Source: Gemmatimonadota bacterium
GTDB lineage: Bacteria; Gemmatimonadota; Gemmatimonadetes; Gemmatimonadales; GWC2-71-9
Direction: 5' to 3'
DNA length: 64,000 bases
Assembly: GCA_003222155.1 (NCBI GenBank)
Contig: QHUU01000056.1
Location: 4,675 to 68,674 of the forward strand
Below the pieces are notes generated by a model. That model saw only the letters and a program-made list of their open reading frames with translations, searched no databases and had not been told where the DNA came from. Shown here piece after piece: positions 1-10,188 of the stretch. Every line of letters begins with the position of its first letter. Position 1 is the stretch's first letter. Both the position numbers and the translations under genes were made by a program.

Positions 1-1682
1 ACGACGGCGGCCGGGCGCGAGTGCGCTTGACGGGCTCAGTCGAGGGCATCGACGGCATCGCGGTCGAGGGCCCACCGGACGGATGGCCCGTCCTGACCGA
101 CAGTCTCGCCGACCTCGTCGCTGCGGTGCTGTTCGGGAGCGAGCGACTGCTCGACCCGTCCTTGTCCCTGCTGGTGCTGCCGAAGACCCCGGTGGGGCGG
201 CTCGCGCTGCTGCGCGCCGAGCGCGCGTTCGCGCGGGGGCATTGGGGTGACGCACGGACGGCGTACGCCGCCGCCGCGGCGCTCGACCGGACGTGCTGGA
301 TCTGCTACTGGCGCCACGCCGAGGTCGGTCGCTGGTTCGACGTCGAGGACGATGCGGGGGACGCTGCCCGGTATCGCGCCCATACGCCCGAGTTCCCGGA
401 GTATTACCGGACCCTGATCCGGGCCGAACGGGTCCCGCTCGGAGCGCGGCTGGATTCACTCGCGGCGCTCACGCGCCGGTGGAAGGATTTCCTGTTCGGC
501 CAATTCCGCCGGGGCGACGAGTTGCTGCACCGCGGGCCTCTGGTCGGGCGCTCGCGCCGCGAAGCCGCTGCGCCTCTCGAAGAAGTCCTCAAGCTCCAGC
601 CCGAGTTTGCGCCCGGGCTGCAGCACCTCGCCTGGGTGCACATCGCCGAAGGCGACTCGGCCGATGCGGCGCAGGCGCTCGTGCGCGCCGAACGGCTGGC
701 CGATCCGGGCGATCCATCGTTCGCGACACTAGCGATGCTGGAGCTGGCGTACGCGTGGCGGTTTCTGCCGCGTGAACAAGCGCTGCGTCGCACCGACGAG
801 CTCGTCGCGCGCGCGCGTGGTGCCGGGATCGTTGATCTCGACGCCGGAGCGCGCTATCTGGCGGGACTGGGGAGCCCGCACGGCGAGCTCGCGTTCGCCG
901 AGCGACTGGCACGCGAGCCACGCTTCGCCCGCTCGGCCGGCATCGCCCGCGTGCTGGCCCTGGTCGGCCTCGGGCGCCCGGACACGGCGATCGTCCTCGC
1001 TCGTGCGCTGGACGTGAAGCCGTTCGCGGCGGAACTCGCGGCGGCCACGGTCCTCCTGGATGCGGACTCGGCGCGCTTCGTCATCGAGTGGCCCCCGGTG
1101 CGGGCGGTGCTGGCCCGGGACACGGTGGACCGGCGTGCCGGCTGGATGCTCAAGCTCGTCGAAGCGGCACACGCGGCGGACGGGGATCCCGCTTCCCCAA
1201 GCGTGTCGCCGGTCGTCGATCCGAAAGCGCCGCCGTTGGTCGCGCTGCTCGGGGCCGCGGGCCTGGGGCGCCGGGGCTCCGCCGCGCGCGCGCTCCAGGC
1301 CACCGACGCGCTGGTCGAGCTGCCAGTACGGGACACGGGCGATCCCTTCTTCCGCACCGTGCTGCACCTGCTGCGGGCACAATGGTACGAGCGCACCGGG
1401 CAGCCGGCGCGCGCGCAGACGGAGCTCGGGTGGGCCGAGAACTCGGACGTGATCGGCTATCCCAAGGGCGATCCCCAGCCGGCAGAAGTGGACTGGGCCT
1501 TTGCCCCGCTCGCGCAGTGGCGGCTGGCGCGCCTCCTGGAGCGCGCCGGAGGACGGGCGGACCTGTGCCGCGCCTATCGGGGAGTCGCGCGCAGTTGGGC
1601 AGCCGGCGAGCCCCGTTATCGGGCCCGGGCCGACAGCGCCGCCCGGCGCCTGCGCGCGCTCGAATGCCGCGGCAGCGCATGA
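1..1682 (+). CDS. C-terminal helical-repeat (TPR-like) region of a probable Ser/Thr kinase paralog; 5' end lies outside the window
   Basis: The frame of ORF 21..1682 stays open back to base 3. By eye the product aligns with the C-terminal part of the kinase at 12164..14836 (RAERAFARGHWGDARTAY vs NAETAFRRGDYRTARDGY; LEEVLKLQPEFAPGLQHL vs FERVLDLDPRFSPAIGHL). The stop overlaps the next start (ATGA at 1679-1682). Confidence 0.5.
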   Translation, partial: DGGRARVRLTGSVEGIDGIAVEGPPDGWPVLTDSLADLVAAVLFGSERLLDPSLSLLVLPKTPVGRLALLRAERAFARGHWGDARTAYAAAAALDRTCWICYWRHAEVGRWFDVEDDAGDAARYRAHTPEFPEYYRTLIRAERVPLGARLDSLAALTRRWKDFLFGQFRRGDELLHRGPLVGRSRREAAAPLEEVLKLQPEFAPGLQHLAWVHIAEGDSADAAQALVRAERLADPGDPSFATLAMLELAYAWRFLPREQALRRTDELVARARGAGIVDLDAGARYLAGLGSPHGELAFAERLAREPRFARSAGIARVLALVGLGRPDTAIVLARALDVKPFAAELAAATVLLDADSARFVIEWPPVRAVLARDTVDRRAGWMLKLVEAAHAADGDPASPSVSPVVDPKAPPLVALLGAAGLGRRGSAARALQATDALVELPVRDTGDPFFRTVLHLLRAQWYERTGQPARAQTELGWAENSDVIGYPKGDPQPAEVDWAFAPLAQWRLARLLERAGGRADLCRAYRGVARSWAAGEPRYRARADSAARRLRALECRGSA

Positions 1683-3526
1683 TCGTGTGCCGCACGTTGG
1701 GCCCGGTGCAGGCGAGCCTGGAGGACGGCAGTGCTCCCGCCGACCTGCAATGGCGCAAGAACCTCGCGCTGCTCGTCTACCTCGCGCGCTCTCCCCGAGG
1801 GACCCGGACCCGCGAGCATCTGATCGGGTTGCTGTGGGGCGACAAGCCGGAGTCGACCGCGCGCCACTCGCTCAATACCGCTCTGAGCCTGCTGCGCGGA
1901 TATGCCGGGGAGGACAGCGTCGCGTCCGACGGCACGCGAGTAACGCTCGGGCCCGGCGGCGTCCAGCTCGACACGGAGCAGCTCGAGGCATTCGTCGCCA
2001 ACGGGGATCTTGCCGCGGCGGTCGCGTTGATCAAGGGCGAGTTTCTCGAGGGATTCAGCATCAAGGACGCGTCCCAGTTCGACGACTGGATGACGGCCGA
2101 GCGGGAGCACTGGCGCCGGCGCTCGGTGGAGGTTCTGCTGAACCGGGCGGACGAGCTGCTCGCCGCCGGCGGCGTCGCGGCGGCACTGGAGCTCGGAGAG
2201 CGGGCCCTCGAACTCGACCGGGAGTCGGAAGCGGCGCTGCGGGCGCTCATGCGGGGCCTCACGCTCGCGGGCGATCGGTCCGGGGCATTGAAGCGGTTCG
2301 AGGCGTTCGCCGCGCGGCTTGAGCGCGAGCTGGGCACGGAGCCGGCACCCGAGACCCGGGCGCTCGCGGCGCAGGTGCGGCTGGAGCGGACGTGGCGGCT
2401 GCCCAAGGCTGCCGCGGCAGAGGCGAAGCGAGCCCCGCTCGTGGGGCGTGCCCGTGAGCTCGGCCAGCTGGTAGAGGCCTGGACCACGTGCCGGCGGGAC
2501 CGGCACCCGGCCCTGGCGGTGATCGATGGGGACGCGGGAGCTGGGAAGACGCGCCTGGCGGAAGAGCTCGTGGCGCGGGCGCGGCTGGACGGAGCGGTCG
2601 TCGCCGGCGTACGCGCGGTGGACGGGGACCAGCGCGAGGCGGGGAGCGGCGTGCTCGGGCTGGCGCGCGGCGGTCTGCTCGCGGCTCCCGGTGTCGCGGC
2701 GGCGCCGCCTCCCGCGCTCGCGGAGCTCAGGAGCGGCTCGCCGGGCGAGGCGCCGAGTCGAATGCTCTCGCTGGTGCTCCAGGCGGTCGCGGACGAGCAG
2801 CCCGTGGTGATTTTCGTCGACGACGCCCAATGGCTCGATCGGGAGTCGCTGCTCGCGCTGGGCGCGGCGGCGCGGGACCTGGCGCGGTCGCCCCTGCTCG
2901 TCCTGTGCACCGCGACGCCGCACCCGCCCCGCGTGGAGCTGGACGAGCTCCGCGCCCGGATCGGGCGCGACCTCAAGGGCACTGCCGTCCGAGTCGGGCC
3001 GTTCACGAGCGACGCCGTGCGGGCGCTGGCGCACTGGGCCCTTCCTTCATTTGACGACGTCCAGCTGGACCGTCTGACGCGGCGTGTCGCCACCGACTCG
3101 GCCGGAATCCCGTTGCTCGTGGTCGCGCTGCTCGAGGCGGTGGCGGCGGGACTCGATCTGCAGAAAGTGGGCGGCGCATGGCCGGAGCCGCTCAAGACCT
3201 TCGATCAGACGCTCCCCGGAGAGTTGCCCGACGCCGTCGTCGCGGCGATCCGCGTCCTGTTCGGCAAGCTCTCGGGCCCCGCGCGACAGGTGCTCGCCGC
3301 CGCGGCCGTGCTCGGTGGTCGCGTACCGGCATCCGTCCTCGCGCGGACCTCCGGCGTGGGCCAGGAGGCTCTGGATGCCGCGCTCGACGAGCTCGAGTGG
3401 GCGCGGCTCCTCAGCGCCGAGCCGCGCGGCTATGCGTTCGTCGCCCGAATCGTGCGCGACGTGATCGACCGGGACATGGTCACCGCAGGGCAGCGCCAGC
3501 GCATCCTCGACGCACCAGTCGCTTGA
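1679..3526 (+). CDS. BTAD/SARP-type transcriptional regulator fused to a P-loop (AAA/STAND-like) NTPase
   Basis: ATG 1679 is in frame with ORF 1088..3526. N-terminus MIVCRTLGPV...LQWRKNLALLVYLARSPRGTRTREHLIGLLWGD. Walker A GDAGAGKTRL; Walker B-like VVIFVDDAQWLD. Paralog of 10189..12102. Confidence 0.85.
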   Translation: MIVCRTLGPVQASLEDGSAPADLQWRKNLALLVYLARSPRGTRTREHLIGLLWGDKPESTARHSLNTALSLLRGYAGEDSVASDGTRVTLGPGGVQLDTEQLEAFVANGDLAAAVALIKGEFLEGFSIKDASQFDDWMTAEREHWRRRSVEVLLNRADELLAAGGVAAALELGERALELDRESEAALRALMRGLTLAGDRSGALKRFEAFAARLERELGTEPAPETRALAAQVRLERTWRLPKAAAAEAKRAPLVGRARELGQLVEAWTTCRRDRHPALAVIDGDAGAGKTRLAEELVARARLDGAVVAGVRAVDGDQREAGSGVLGLARGGLLAAPGVAAAPPPALAELRSGSPGEAPSRMLSLVLQAVADEQPVVIFVDDAQWLDRESLLALGAAARDLARSPLLVLCTATPHPPRVELDELRARIGRDLKGTAVRVGPFTSDAVRALAHWALPSFDDVQLDRLTRRVATDSAGIPLLVVALLEAVAAGLDLQKVGGAWPEPLKTFDQTLPGELPDAVVAAIRVLFGKLSGPARQVLAAAAVLGGRVPASVLARTSGVGQEALDAALDELEWARLLSAEPRGYAFVARIVRDVIDRDMVTAGQRQRILDAPVA

Positions 3527-3600
3527 CGATCGCCGGACTGCACTTCAGGGGGGCTTGAGGGGCCCCGTCTATCGTGTGCGCGCCTCGAACGGAGACGCGC

Positions 3601-4164
3601 ATGCACACCATCCCTCGCCGCCAGGCCCTGCGTCAGTTGGGCCTTATCACCGCCGGGCTCGCCGCGGCCTGCACGCCCCTGCGGGTGCTGGTGAGCGCAT
3701 ATCCCCAGGCGTTCGACGACGATGGCGGCCTGATGGACCGCGTGCTCCGGGCCTTCGTGACGGCGGTGATTCCTGGCGCCCCGGCCGACGACCCGGATCT
3801 CGTGCGCGCCCATACCGACCCGGCGTACCCGTTCGCCCAATACGCGGGGTTCTTCGCCGCCGACCTCTCCCGGCGCGCGGCCCGCCGGTTCGACGGGCGG
3901 GCGTTCGAGCGGCTCGCGCTGCCAGAGCGGACGGCGGTGATCGCGGAGGGCCTCGCCGCGGATGCGACGACTCGCAAGCTGTACAACGGCGCCGTCGTGC
4001 TCGCCCAGATCGCCTTCTACGCCGGCATTTACGATCCCAAGAAGGGCTGCCCGGCCATCGGGTTCGAGGGCGGCAACCATTGGCACCCCCTGAGCGACAT
4101 CACCCATCCCGACCCCGAGCGCTTCCTGTCACAGGCGCGTACGGCGGACGGAAACTACGTCTGA
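3601..4164 (+). CDS. Tat-signal small subunit, gluconate 2-dehydrogenase subunit 3 family
   Basis: ATG 3601 gives MHTIPRRQALRQLGLITAGLAAAC (twin-arginine signal) with GGAGA upstream. It lies immediately upstream of a GMC oxidoreductase, the usual partner of this family. Confidence 0.8.
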   Translation: MHTIPRRQALRQLGLITAGLAAACTPLRVLVSAYPQAFDDDGGLMDRVLRAFVTAVIPGAPADDPDLVRAHTDPAYPFAQYAGFFAADLSRRAARRFDGRAFERLALPERTAVIAEGLAADATTRKLYNGAVVLAQIAFYAGIYDPKKGCPAIGFEGGNHWHPLSDITHPDPERFLSQARTADGNYV

Positions 4165-4171
4165 GGCGACC

Positions 4172-5707
4172 ATGAAGACCGTTCACACCGACGTCTTGAT
4201 CATCGGCACGGGATTCGGCGCGGCGGCGCCGGCGCTGCGCCTGGCCGAGGCCGGCGCGAAGGTCGTGATGGTGGAAAAGGGCCCCAAAGTGCGGACCGCC
4301 GACTTCCAGCAGACGTCCGATCCGCAGTACCTCCTCAAGTACATCAAGGGGGCGCCGGGCGACCACCTGAGCCTCACGTACGCCGAGGCCCTGGGCGGCG
4401 GGTCAGGCTTCTACGAGATGGTATCGCTGCGGGCGCCGTCGCTCGTGTTCGACCAGGTGGACGCGCAGGGCCAACGCCTCTGGCCTCGGGGGCTCGACCG
4501 ACGGGAGCTCGATCCGTACTACGACGTCGCGGAGCGCATGCTGCACGTGTCCCAGATCCCGCTCGACGAGGTGCCGAAGACGGGGCTCGTCTTCGCCCGG
4601 CTCATGAAGAACCTCGGCTACTCAGTGGACCGCGCCCGGTATGCGGTGCGCGGCTGCCAGGGGAGTGGGTTCTGTGTGACGGGATGCGTCTACGGAGCGA
4701 AGCAGTCGCTGTTCCTCAACTACCTGCCGCAGGCGGTCGCGGCCGGCGCCGAGATCGAGACGGACCTCGAGGCGGTGTCGATCGCGTCCCTGCCGGGTAC
4801 GCAGCGAGGCCGCGCCCGGCTGCTCGCAGGTGCTCCCTACCGCTACCAGGTGCTGTGCCGCCGCCGCACCGGCGAGCGCGACTATGTGCGCTTCGTCGCC
4901 CGGGTCGTCGTGCTCGGCGGGGGGACGGTGGGCAGCGCGAGCCTGCTGCTCCGCTCGCGGGCCCGGCTGCCGTTCTTGAGCGAGCACGTCGGACGGAACA
5001 TCGCCTACAACGGCAGCGTGAAGGTAGCGGGGCTGCTCCCCGATTCGTTCCCTGACGCCGACATGTTCACGGGCCGCAGCCATCCGGGGATGATCAGCTA
5101 CGAGTTCCTCGAATCGCACGGCATCACCGTACACGGTGTGAAGGCGCTCCCCCTCATGCTCGTCTCGGCGGCGCGCATGCGCCTCGAGGGCGATGGCCAG
5201 GGGCCGGCGTGGTGGGGCGAGCCTAACGTGGAGCTCATGCGGCAAATGCGCCGGCGCATGATCGTACTCGCGGCGTTCGGGCTGACGCCCCCGGGGGCGA
5301 CGCTCGAGGTGTCGGAAGGAGGGGACGCGCGTGTGTCGCTGCCGCTCTCCTCAGGGCTCGAGCGCTACCACGGCGAGACGAAGCGGTTGCTCGAGTCGAT
5401 TCTCGCCCGCAACGGCTGCCGCCTCGTGCGGACGGAATTCCTCGACAAGAGCCTCGCTCCGGAAGAGGGCGTGCACTTTTCTACTGCCCACCAGGTGGGG
5501 TCGTGCCGCATGGCGGATGCCCCGTCCGCTGGCGTGGTCGACCGGAACGGCGAAGTGTTCGGCTCTCCCGGGCTGTTCGTGAGCGATGGGGCGTGCATTC
5601 CATCCTCGCTTGCCGTCAACACGAGTCTCACGATCCTCGCGAACGCTGAACGGATCGCGGCCGGAATGCTCGATCGCTACGGACTGCGGCCCCCCGCTGC
5701 GGCGTAA
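4172..5707 (+). CDS. GMC-family FAD-dependent oxidoreductase
   Basis: N-terminal FAD Rossmann motif DVLIIGTGFGAAAPALRLAEAGAKVVMVEKG. C-terminal GMC-type segment HQVGSCRMAD...LFVSDGACIPSSLAVNTSLTI. Confidence 0.9.
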   Translation: MKTVHTDVLIIGTGFGAAAPALRLAEAGAKVVMVEKGPKVRTADFQQTSDPQYLLKYIKGAPGDHLSLTYAEALGGGSGFYEMVSLRAPSLVFDQVDAQGQRLWPRGLDRRELDPYYDVAERMLHVSQIPLDEVPKTGLVFARLMKNLGYSVDRARYAVRGCQGSGFCVTGCVYGAKQSLFLNYLPQAVAAGAEIETDLEAVSIASLPGTQRGRARLLAGAPYRYQVLCRRRTGERDYVRFVARVVVLGGGTVGSASLLLRSRARLPFLSEHVGRNIAYNGSVKVAGLLPDSFPDADMFTGRSHPGMISYEFLESHGITVHGVKALPLMLVSAARMRLEGDGQGPAWWGEPNVELMRQMRRRMIVLAAFGLTPPGATLEVSEGGDARVSLPLSSGLERYHGETKRLLESILARNGCRLVRTEFLDKSLAPEEGVHFSTAHQVGSCRMADAPSAGVVDRNGEVFGSPGLFVSDGACIPSSLAVNTSLTILANAERIAAGMLDRYGLRPPAAA

Positions 5708-5889
5708 GGAGGCGGCGGCATCCCTCCCGGGACGCTGGCGGGACCTTTCCGGCCACAGCGCAAGTGTCACACTGGCGCCACACTTCTGAAGCTGCGATGC
5801 GCCCTAATCGTGGCGGAGTGCGAGTGATCCGCACCTAGCCCCACCGGGCAGGTGCGTGGCACCACCCTTGCGAACACGCAACACCCAGT

Positions 5890-6450
5890 ATGAGACATGT
5901 TGCGATGATGCTACTCGCGGTGGGCTCGCTCGCCGCTGTGCCGCCCCGGGCCGCGGCCCAGCGCGCCGCCAAGGACTTAGCGGCATTCACGCTGGCCTCG
6001 GGCACGCGCCGGCAATACCGCTCCGTCGCCACCGGACTGCTGAACATGCCGTCGCACCTGTCCACGCCGAGCGGCGTGGGGCCGCTCGAGGCGCGCGTGT
6101 CGTGGAGCACCCTGGGCGTCGCGGCGCTTCCCGCGCGCCGCTCGTGGACGACGTCGCACACCGCGCTCGCAAGCGCGTTCACCGTCGTCCTGCTGGTCGA
6201 TGCGGCCCAGACCCGCGATCTGGCACGCCGCGGCTGGCCCGGCTTTCGGGAGGCGAATCCGCTGCTCGGCCCGCGCCCGAGCGTCGGCCAGGTCAACACG
6301 TACACGGCGCTGGCCGCCGCGAGCATACTGACCGCCGCGGCCGCGGCTCCCCCGCGGTTCCGTCCGTGGCTGCTCGGCGCCGCCCTGGCGGTCGAAGCGC
6401 TGACCGTGGGCGGGAGCGTCCGAAACGGTCTCCCCCTCAGAATTCGCTAG
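5890..6450 (+). CDS. hypothetical secreted/membrane protein
   Basis: ATG start, signal-like N-terminus MRHVAMMLLAVGSLAAVPPRAAAQ and hydrophobic C-terminal segments. No family recognised. Confidence 0.5.
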   Translation: MRHVAMMLLAVGSLAAVPPRAAAQRAAKDLAAFTLASGTRRQYRSVATGLLNMPSHLSTPSGVGPLEARVSWSTLGVAALPARRSWTTSHTALASAFTVVLLVDAAQTRDLARRGWPGFREANPLLGPRPSVGQVNTYTALAAASILTAAAAAPPRFRPWLLGAALAVEALTVGGSVRNGLPLRIR

Positions 6451-6475
6451 CCTCTCCGCCGTCAACCGGGCGATC

Positions 6476-7144
6476 GTGGCGTGCGGGCGCTGCCCGCGGC
6501 TGCGCCGCTACTGCCGCCGCGTGGCCCGGGACAAGAAGCGCGCGTTTCTCGATTGGACGTACTGGGGCAAACCGGTGCCCGGGTTCGGCGACCCGGCGGC
6601 GCGCCTGCTCGTCGTGGGGCTGGCACCGGCGGCGCACGGCGCCAACCGCACGGGCCGCATGTTCACGGGCGACTCGAGCGGCGACTGGCTGTATGAGGCG
6701 CTGCACCGCTACGGGTTCGCCAACCAGGCCCCATCCGTTTCCCGCGACGACGGACTGACCCTCGCCGATTGCTACATCACGGCGGCGGCACGCTGCGCGC
6801 CGCCCGGCAATAAGCCCAAACCGGTCGAGCTGGAGCGCTGCCGGCCGTACCTCGTCGCCGACGTGCGGCTGCTCTCCCAGGTGCGCGTGGTGCTCACGCT
6901 CGGCCGCATCGCCCACGACAGCTGGCTCAAGGCCGCCGGGTGGTGGGCGACGCTCGAGCCGCGCGACCGGCCGACGTTCGCGCACGGCGCCGTGACGACC
7001 CTCCCCGACGGCGTCGCGCTCGTGGCGTCGTACCACCCGAGCCGGCAGAACACCAATACCGGCAAGCTGACGCGCGCGATGTGGCACCAGGTGTTCGAAG
7101 CGGTGCGGCGGCTGCTCGCTACTGGACGTCGAACTCCGCCGTGA
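6476..7144 (+). CDS. uracil-DNA glycosylase superfamily protein, family 5 (UDGb)-like, Fe-S type
   Basis: N-terminal Cys cluster ACGRCPRLRRYC. Motif VVGLAPAAHGANRTGRMFTGD (GLAPA variant of the family 4/5 motif). C-terminal HPSRQN. GTG is the only start available after the upstream in-frame stop at 6401. Confidence 0.85.
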   Translation: MACGRCPRLRRYCRRVARDKKRAFLDWTYWGKPVPGFGDPAARLLVVGLAPAAHGANRTGRMFTGDSSGDWLYEALHRYGFANQAPSVSRDDGLTLADCYITAAARCAPPGNKPKPVELERCRPYLVADVRLLSQVRVVLTLGRIAHDSWLKAAGWWATLEPRDRPTFAHGAVTTLPDGVALVASYHPSRQNTNTGKLTRAMWHQVFEAVRRLLATGRRTPP

Positions 7145-7868
7145 TGTCGTAGTCGTCCACGGCGCAGACGCCGACGCGCGCGACGTAGCGCCCCGCGCGG
7201 GGAGCGGCATCGGGGGGCAGCCGGATCGCGTCGCGGAAAATGCCGCCCCGCTGGACGGCAAAGCGGCGGGCGTCGGGATTCAGCACCTTCGTGGTCGAAT
7301 CCCAGTGGTAGCCGCCTTGAGCCCCCGTCACCGAGATGCACAGGAAATCGTTCGTCGGCAGTATGAAGAGAATGGACGACTGACGCTGGTTCGTGATCGT
7401 GAAGAGCGCGATCGGGTTCACGCCCGTCTCACCGCCCTGCGCGTCGCGCCAGGCGAAGCGGTCGGGAACCACGGCGAGCGTGACGTCGGCGTGCAGCGTG
7501 AGGCCGTGGTCGACCGTGCGGTGGGTGGTGCGTGGAGGTACGCGCGCGCCCATGTCTTCCACGTCGATACCGATACCGGGCGTGCCACCGCCCGGCACCG
7601 GGGCGACCCGCCCACGGGCTGCGACGTACTGGTTGCGGTAGCGGCTCCAGCGGCGGGCCTTCCCGACCAGCGGCAGGACGAACGTCTGCACGCCCAGGGC
7701 GTGCAACGGGAGCGGGGCCACGATCGTCCAGAGGTCGAACTGCTCGTCGTTCTGGAGAAACCCTTCCACCGTCAGCGTGGTGTCGCCGGTCTGCTGAGCC
7801 GGCGACCGGCCCGTCGCGCCGCTCAGCAAGGCGAGCGCGAGCACGAGGGTGACACCGGCGCGTCGCAT
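7119..7868 (-). CDS. hypothetical secreted protein
   Basis: ATG 7868 with signal peptide MRRAGVTLVLALALLSGATGRSPAQ. High GC3 coding look. Its 3' end overlaps the convergent UDG gene by 26 nt. Confidence 0.6.
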   Translation of the reverse strand: MRRAGVTLVLALALLSGATGRSPAQQTGDTTLTVEGFLQNDEQFDLWTIVAPLPLHALGVQTFVLPLVGKARRWSRYRNQYVAARGRVAPVPGGGTPGIGIDVEDMGARVPPRTTHRTVDHGLTLHADVTLAVVPDRFAWRDAQGGETGVNPIALFTITNQRQSSILFILPTNDFLCISVTGAQGGYHWDSTTKVLNPDARRFAVQRGGIFRDAIRLPPDAAPRAGRYVARVGVCAVDDYDITAEFDVQ

Positions 7869-7901
7869 CGAGGGAAATCTCGGACGCGGGGGCTCGGCCA
7901 G

Positions 7902-8321
7902 CTAGAGTGGCTCGCTCTGCGCGATACGCAGCGCCTCGGTGAAGACGGCCCGGACCTTTGTCTCGTCCCAGTGTGCGTGGCCGGGTGCGAGCGCGCCCAT
8001 CCACACGTCCAAGTCGGAACGTGGGCTCGTATCGGGAGGTGCGCGCCGTTTGAACGAAAGCCGCCCCATCGTCAGGCGCCGCCACAACGGGGACGCGGGG
8101 ATTGGCTCGGGCTCGCGGACCAGGGCGGGGGTGGGGTGCTGCAGGAACGCGCGGATGACCGGCGCCAGCTCGTGTGCAGTCATATCGAACGTGTGATCGC
8201 CACACAGGTACGGCGCCAGGATGGTCCGGGACTGGTGCACGAGTGCCCGCACCTGGTGGAACAACGCGGCTTGGTCTGGCATGGCGTGCGAATGCTCCTT
8301 CCTCGGATGAACCCGGATCAT
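7902..8321 (-). CDS. hypothetical protein (139 aa)
   Basis: ATG 8321 overlaps the GNAT stop (ATGA), the coupling pattern used throughout this window. The alternative start is ATG 8282 (MPDQAALFHQV...). No family recognised. Confidence 0.5.
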   Translation of the reverse strand: MIRVHPRKEHSHAMPDQAALFHQVRALVHQSRTILAPYLCGDHTFDMTAHELAPVIRAFLQHPTPALVREPEPIPASPLWRRLTMGRLSFKRRAPPDTSPRSDLDVWMGALAPGHAHWDETKVRAVFTEALRIAQSEPL

Positions 8322-8992
8322 GGCGTCGAGACTGGCGTGGGGGCGACGTCGAAGGCGAAGTCCGCGCAGCCGGGCGTCCTGAGCGTCACATACCGGCCCA
8401 GGATCCGAATGATGAAGATCCGGCCGAAATCGACGTAGCCCGTCCGACGGGCCGACTTGAGCGACGTGAGATTGTCGGCCTCGATGTACGTCACCAGTCC
8501 CTTGTAGCCCCGGGCCTGGTAGGCGGCGAGGGCGCGCGTCATTCCGATCGCGTGGAGCCGGCGGCCGCGATAGGCGTCGAGCGTCAGGCCCTTGTACATG
8601 TAGACGTACGCGGGGTCGAACTGCACCCGCAGGCCGTCGCTGAGCAGAGTGGGCGAATGCGCGTACCATCCGTAGGCGGCCGGTTGGTCTCCGTCGACGA
8701 TGCCGTAGCACTCGTCGCCCTTGCTCAAGGCTTCGCCCAGGAACTCCGGCGTCAGGTCGTACTTCGCCTCCGACGCCATGCACCGCAGCGTATCGTCGTC
8801 GAGAAAGTCGGCGCACATTCCGACCGGAAGCTCCATGAACGTCGGAGCCACCACGCTCATGCACAGCGCCCGCAGCACCTTGATATCGATCACTCGTTGG
8901 ATGGCGCGGAGGGCGAGCGCGCCGAGCGCGCTCCCCAAGCCGAACGCCGACGCCTGGGATCGAAATTCGGCGCTGATGCGCTGGACCTTCAC
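8318..8992 (-). CDS. GNAT-family N-acetyltransferase
   Basis: GTG 8992. Motif-A-like segment YRGRRLHAIGMTRALAAYQARGYKGLVTYIEADNLTSLKSARRTGY. Confidence 0.65.
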   Translation of the reverse strand: MKVQRISAEFRSQASAFGLGSALGALALRAIQRVIDIKVLRALCMSVVAPTFMELPVGMCADFLDDDTLRCMASEAKYDLTPEFLGEALSKGDECYGIVDGDQPAAYGWYAHSPTLLSDGLRVQFDPAYVYMYKGLTLDAYRGRRLHAIGMTRALAAYQARGYKGLVTYIEADNLTSLKSARRTGYVDFGRIFIIRILGRYVTLRTPGCADFAFDVAPTPVSTP

Positions 8993-9022
8993 TCGAGGGG
9001 CCTGAGAAAGTGTGCTCTAAGC

Positions 9023-9676
9023 TCACCGCAGGTAGCGCGCCACGCTGCGAGTCCGCCACAGCGCGCTGTCTACGAGCGGGACGGGGCGTGCTGGAGCGGG
9101 CCCACAACAGTCATGGCCGGTACGATGTGGCAGAGACGCCACATCGTGACCACCGGTCGCGCGGGCGGTGACCTGCCGCAGACCCTGCCACGCGAGGATC
9201 ACGAGCGCGACCAGGCCGCTCGCCACGAGCAGCCACACGAGCGGAATCCGCAGCAGCGAGCCCGAGCCGGCGATGAGCAGCAGCCGCGGAAACCGTCCCA
9301 GGGCAACGGCGCTGAGATACAGGGGCAGGGGGTACTTCCCGAGCGGCGCCAGGATGCGCACCGCGGAGTCGGGGATGGGCGAGAAAATCACCAACACGGT
9401 GGTCCAGAACGGCGCGCGCAGAAACGCCGCGATACTCCAGCGCGCGACCCTCCGGGTCCGGAGCGCCGCGAGCTTGGGCAGGGCGGCGGCCCAGTCCACC
9501 AGTCGGTAGTTCACGGCCTCGGCGAGCGAGGCGCCCGCGGTGCCGACCAGCGCGAGCAGCCACGCCGGATAGAAACGCGCGTAATAGAGCAGCGTCGCTT
9601 CGAACGCCGTCGGCAGAAAAGGCGAGAGCGGCCCGTGCACGAACACGGCGAGCGCCACGAACGCCAGCAGCTTCAC
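9023..9676 (-). CDS. multi-pass membrane protein, VTT/DedA-like (tentative)
   Basis: GTG 9676 overlaps the upstream stop (GTGA). Several hydrophobic helices. The FSPIPDSAVRILAPLGKYPLPLYLSAVALGRFPR segment resembles the VTT domain (from memory). Confidence 0.5.
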   Translation of the reverse strand: MKLLAFVALAVFVHGPLSPFLPTAFEATLLYYARFYPAWLLALVGTAGASLAEAVNYRLVDWAAALPKLAALRTRRVARWSIAAFLRAPFWTTVLVIFSPIPDSAVRILAPLGKYPLPLYLSAVALGRFPRLLLIAGSGSLLRIPLVWLLVASGLVALVILAWQGLRQVTARATGGHDVASLPHRTGHDCCGPAPARPVPLVDSALWRTRSVARYLR

Positions 9677-10131
9677 GCGAGGTAGCCGGCGTAGCGCCAC
9701 GCCACCACGGCGAACACGATGCTCTCGAGAATCCAAGCCCAGGGCTGGCGATAGTAGCCGGCGTACATGGCCCGGCCCCAGTAGCCGGTATTCTTCCAGA
9801 GATTGAGCGAGAAACGCCGCCGGCTGAACGGCAAGAGCAGCGGGATGCCGGTGTCGGTGGGCAGGTCGGCCGCGACGTGCGCGACGATGCTCGCGAACGC
9901 GAGCCCGCCGAGGGCGGGTCCGAACAGCAGGACGGCGACGGCCCCGACCGCGACGCAGAACGCCAGGCTGTGGCTCCACGTGCCGTGGAAGTCGGGGCGC
10001 GCCCAGCCGGCGCGGATGACGAGCGAGTCGGCGTTGGGAAGGAACTGTGCCGCGCCGACCACCGCGAACGTCTCGGGGCGGGGATCGAGCGACGCGATGG
10101 CGAGCGCTATCCCGAGGTGACCGAACTGCAT
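9673..10131 (-). CDS. membrane-bound metal-dependent hydrolase, YdjM/DUF457-like (tentative)
   Basis: ATG 10131. Small polytopic protein with His motifs (FHGTWSHSLAF, ASIVAHVAAD) typical of DUF457 as I recall it. Confidence 0.55.
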   Translation of the reverse strand: MQFGHLGIALAIASLDPRPETFAVVGAAQFLPNADSLVIRAGWARPDFHGTWSHSLAFCVAVGAVAVLLFGPALGGLAFASIVAHVAADLPTDTGIPLLLPFSRRRFSLNLWKNTGYWGRAMYAGYYRQPWAWILESIVFAVVAWRYAGYLA

Positions 10132-10188
10132 CGTGTCTCCTGGTCGAAGGGTCGGAGACGACGATGCGCGCGGCCTATCAAGCGGATT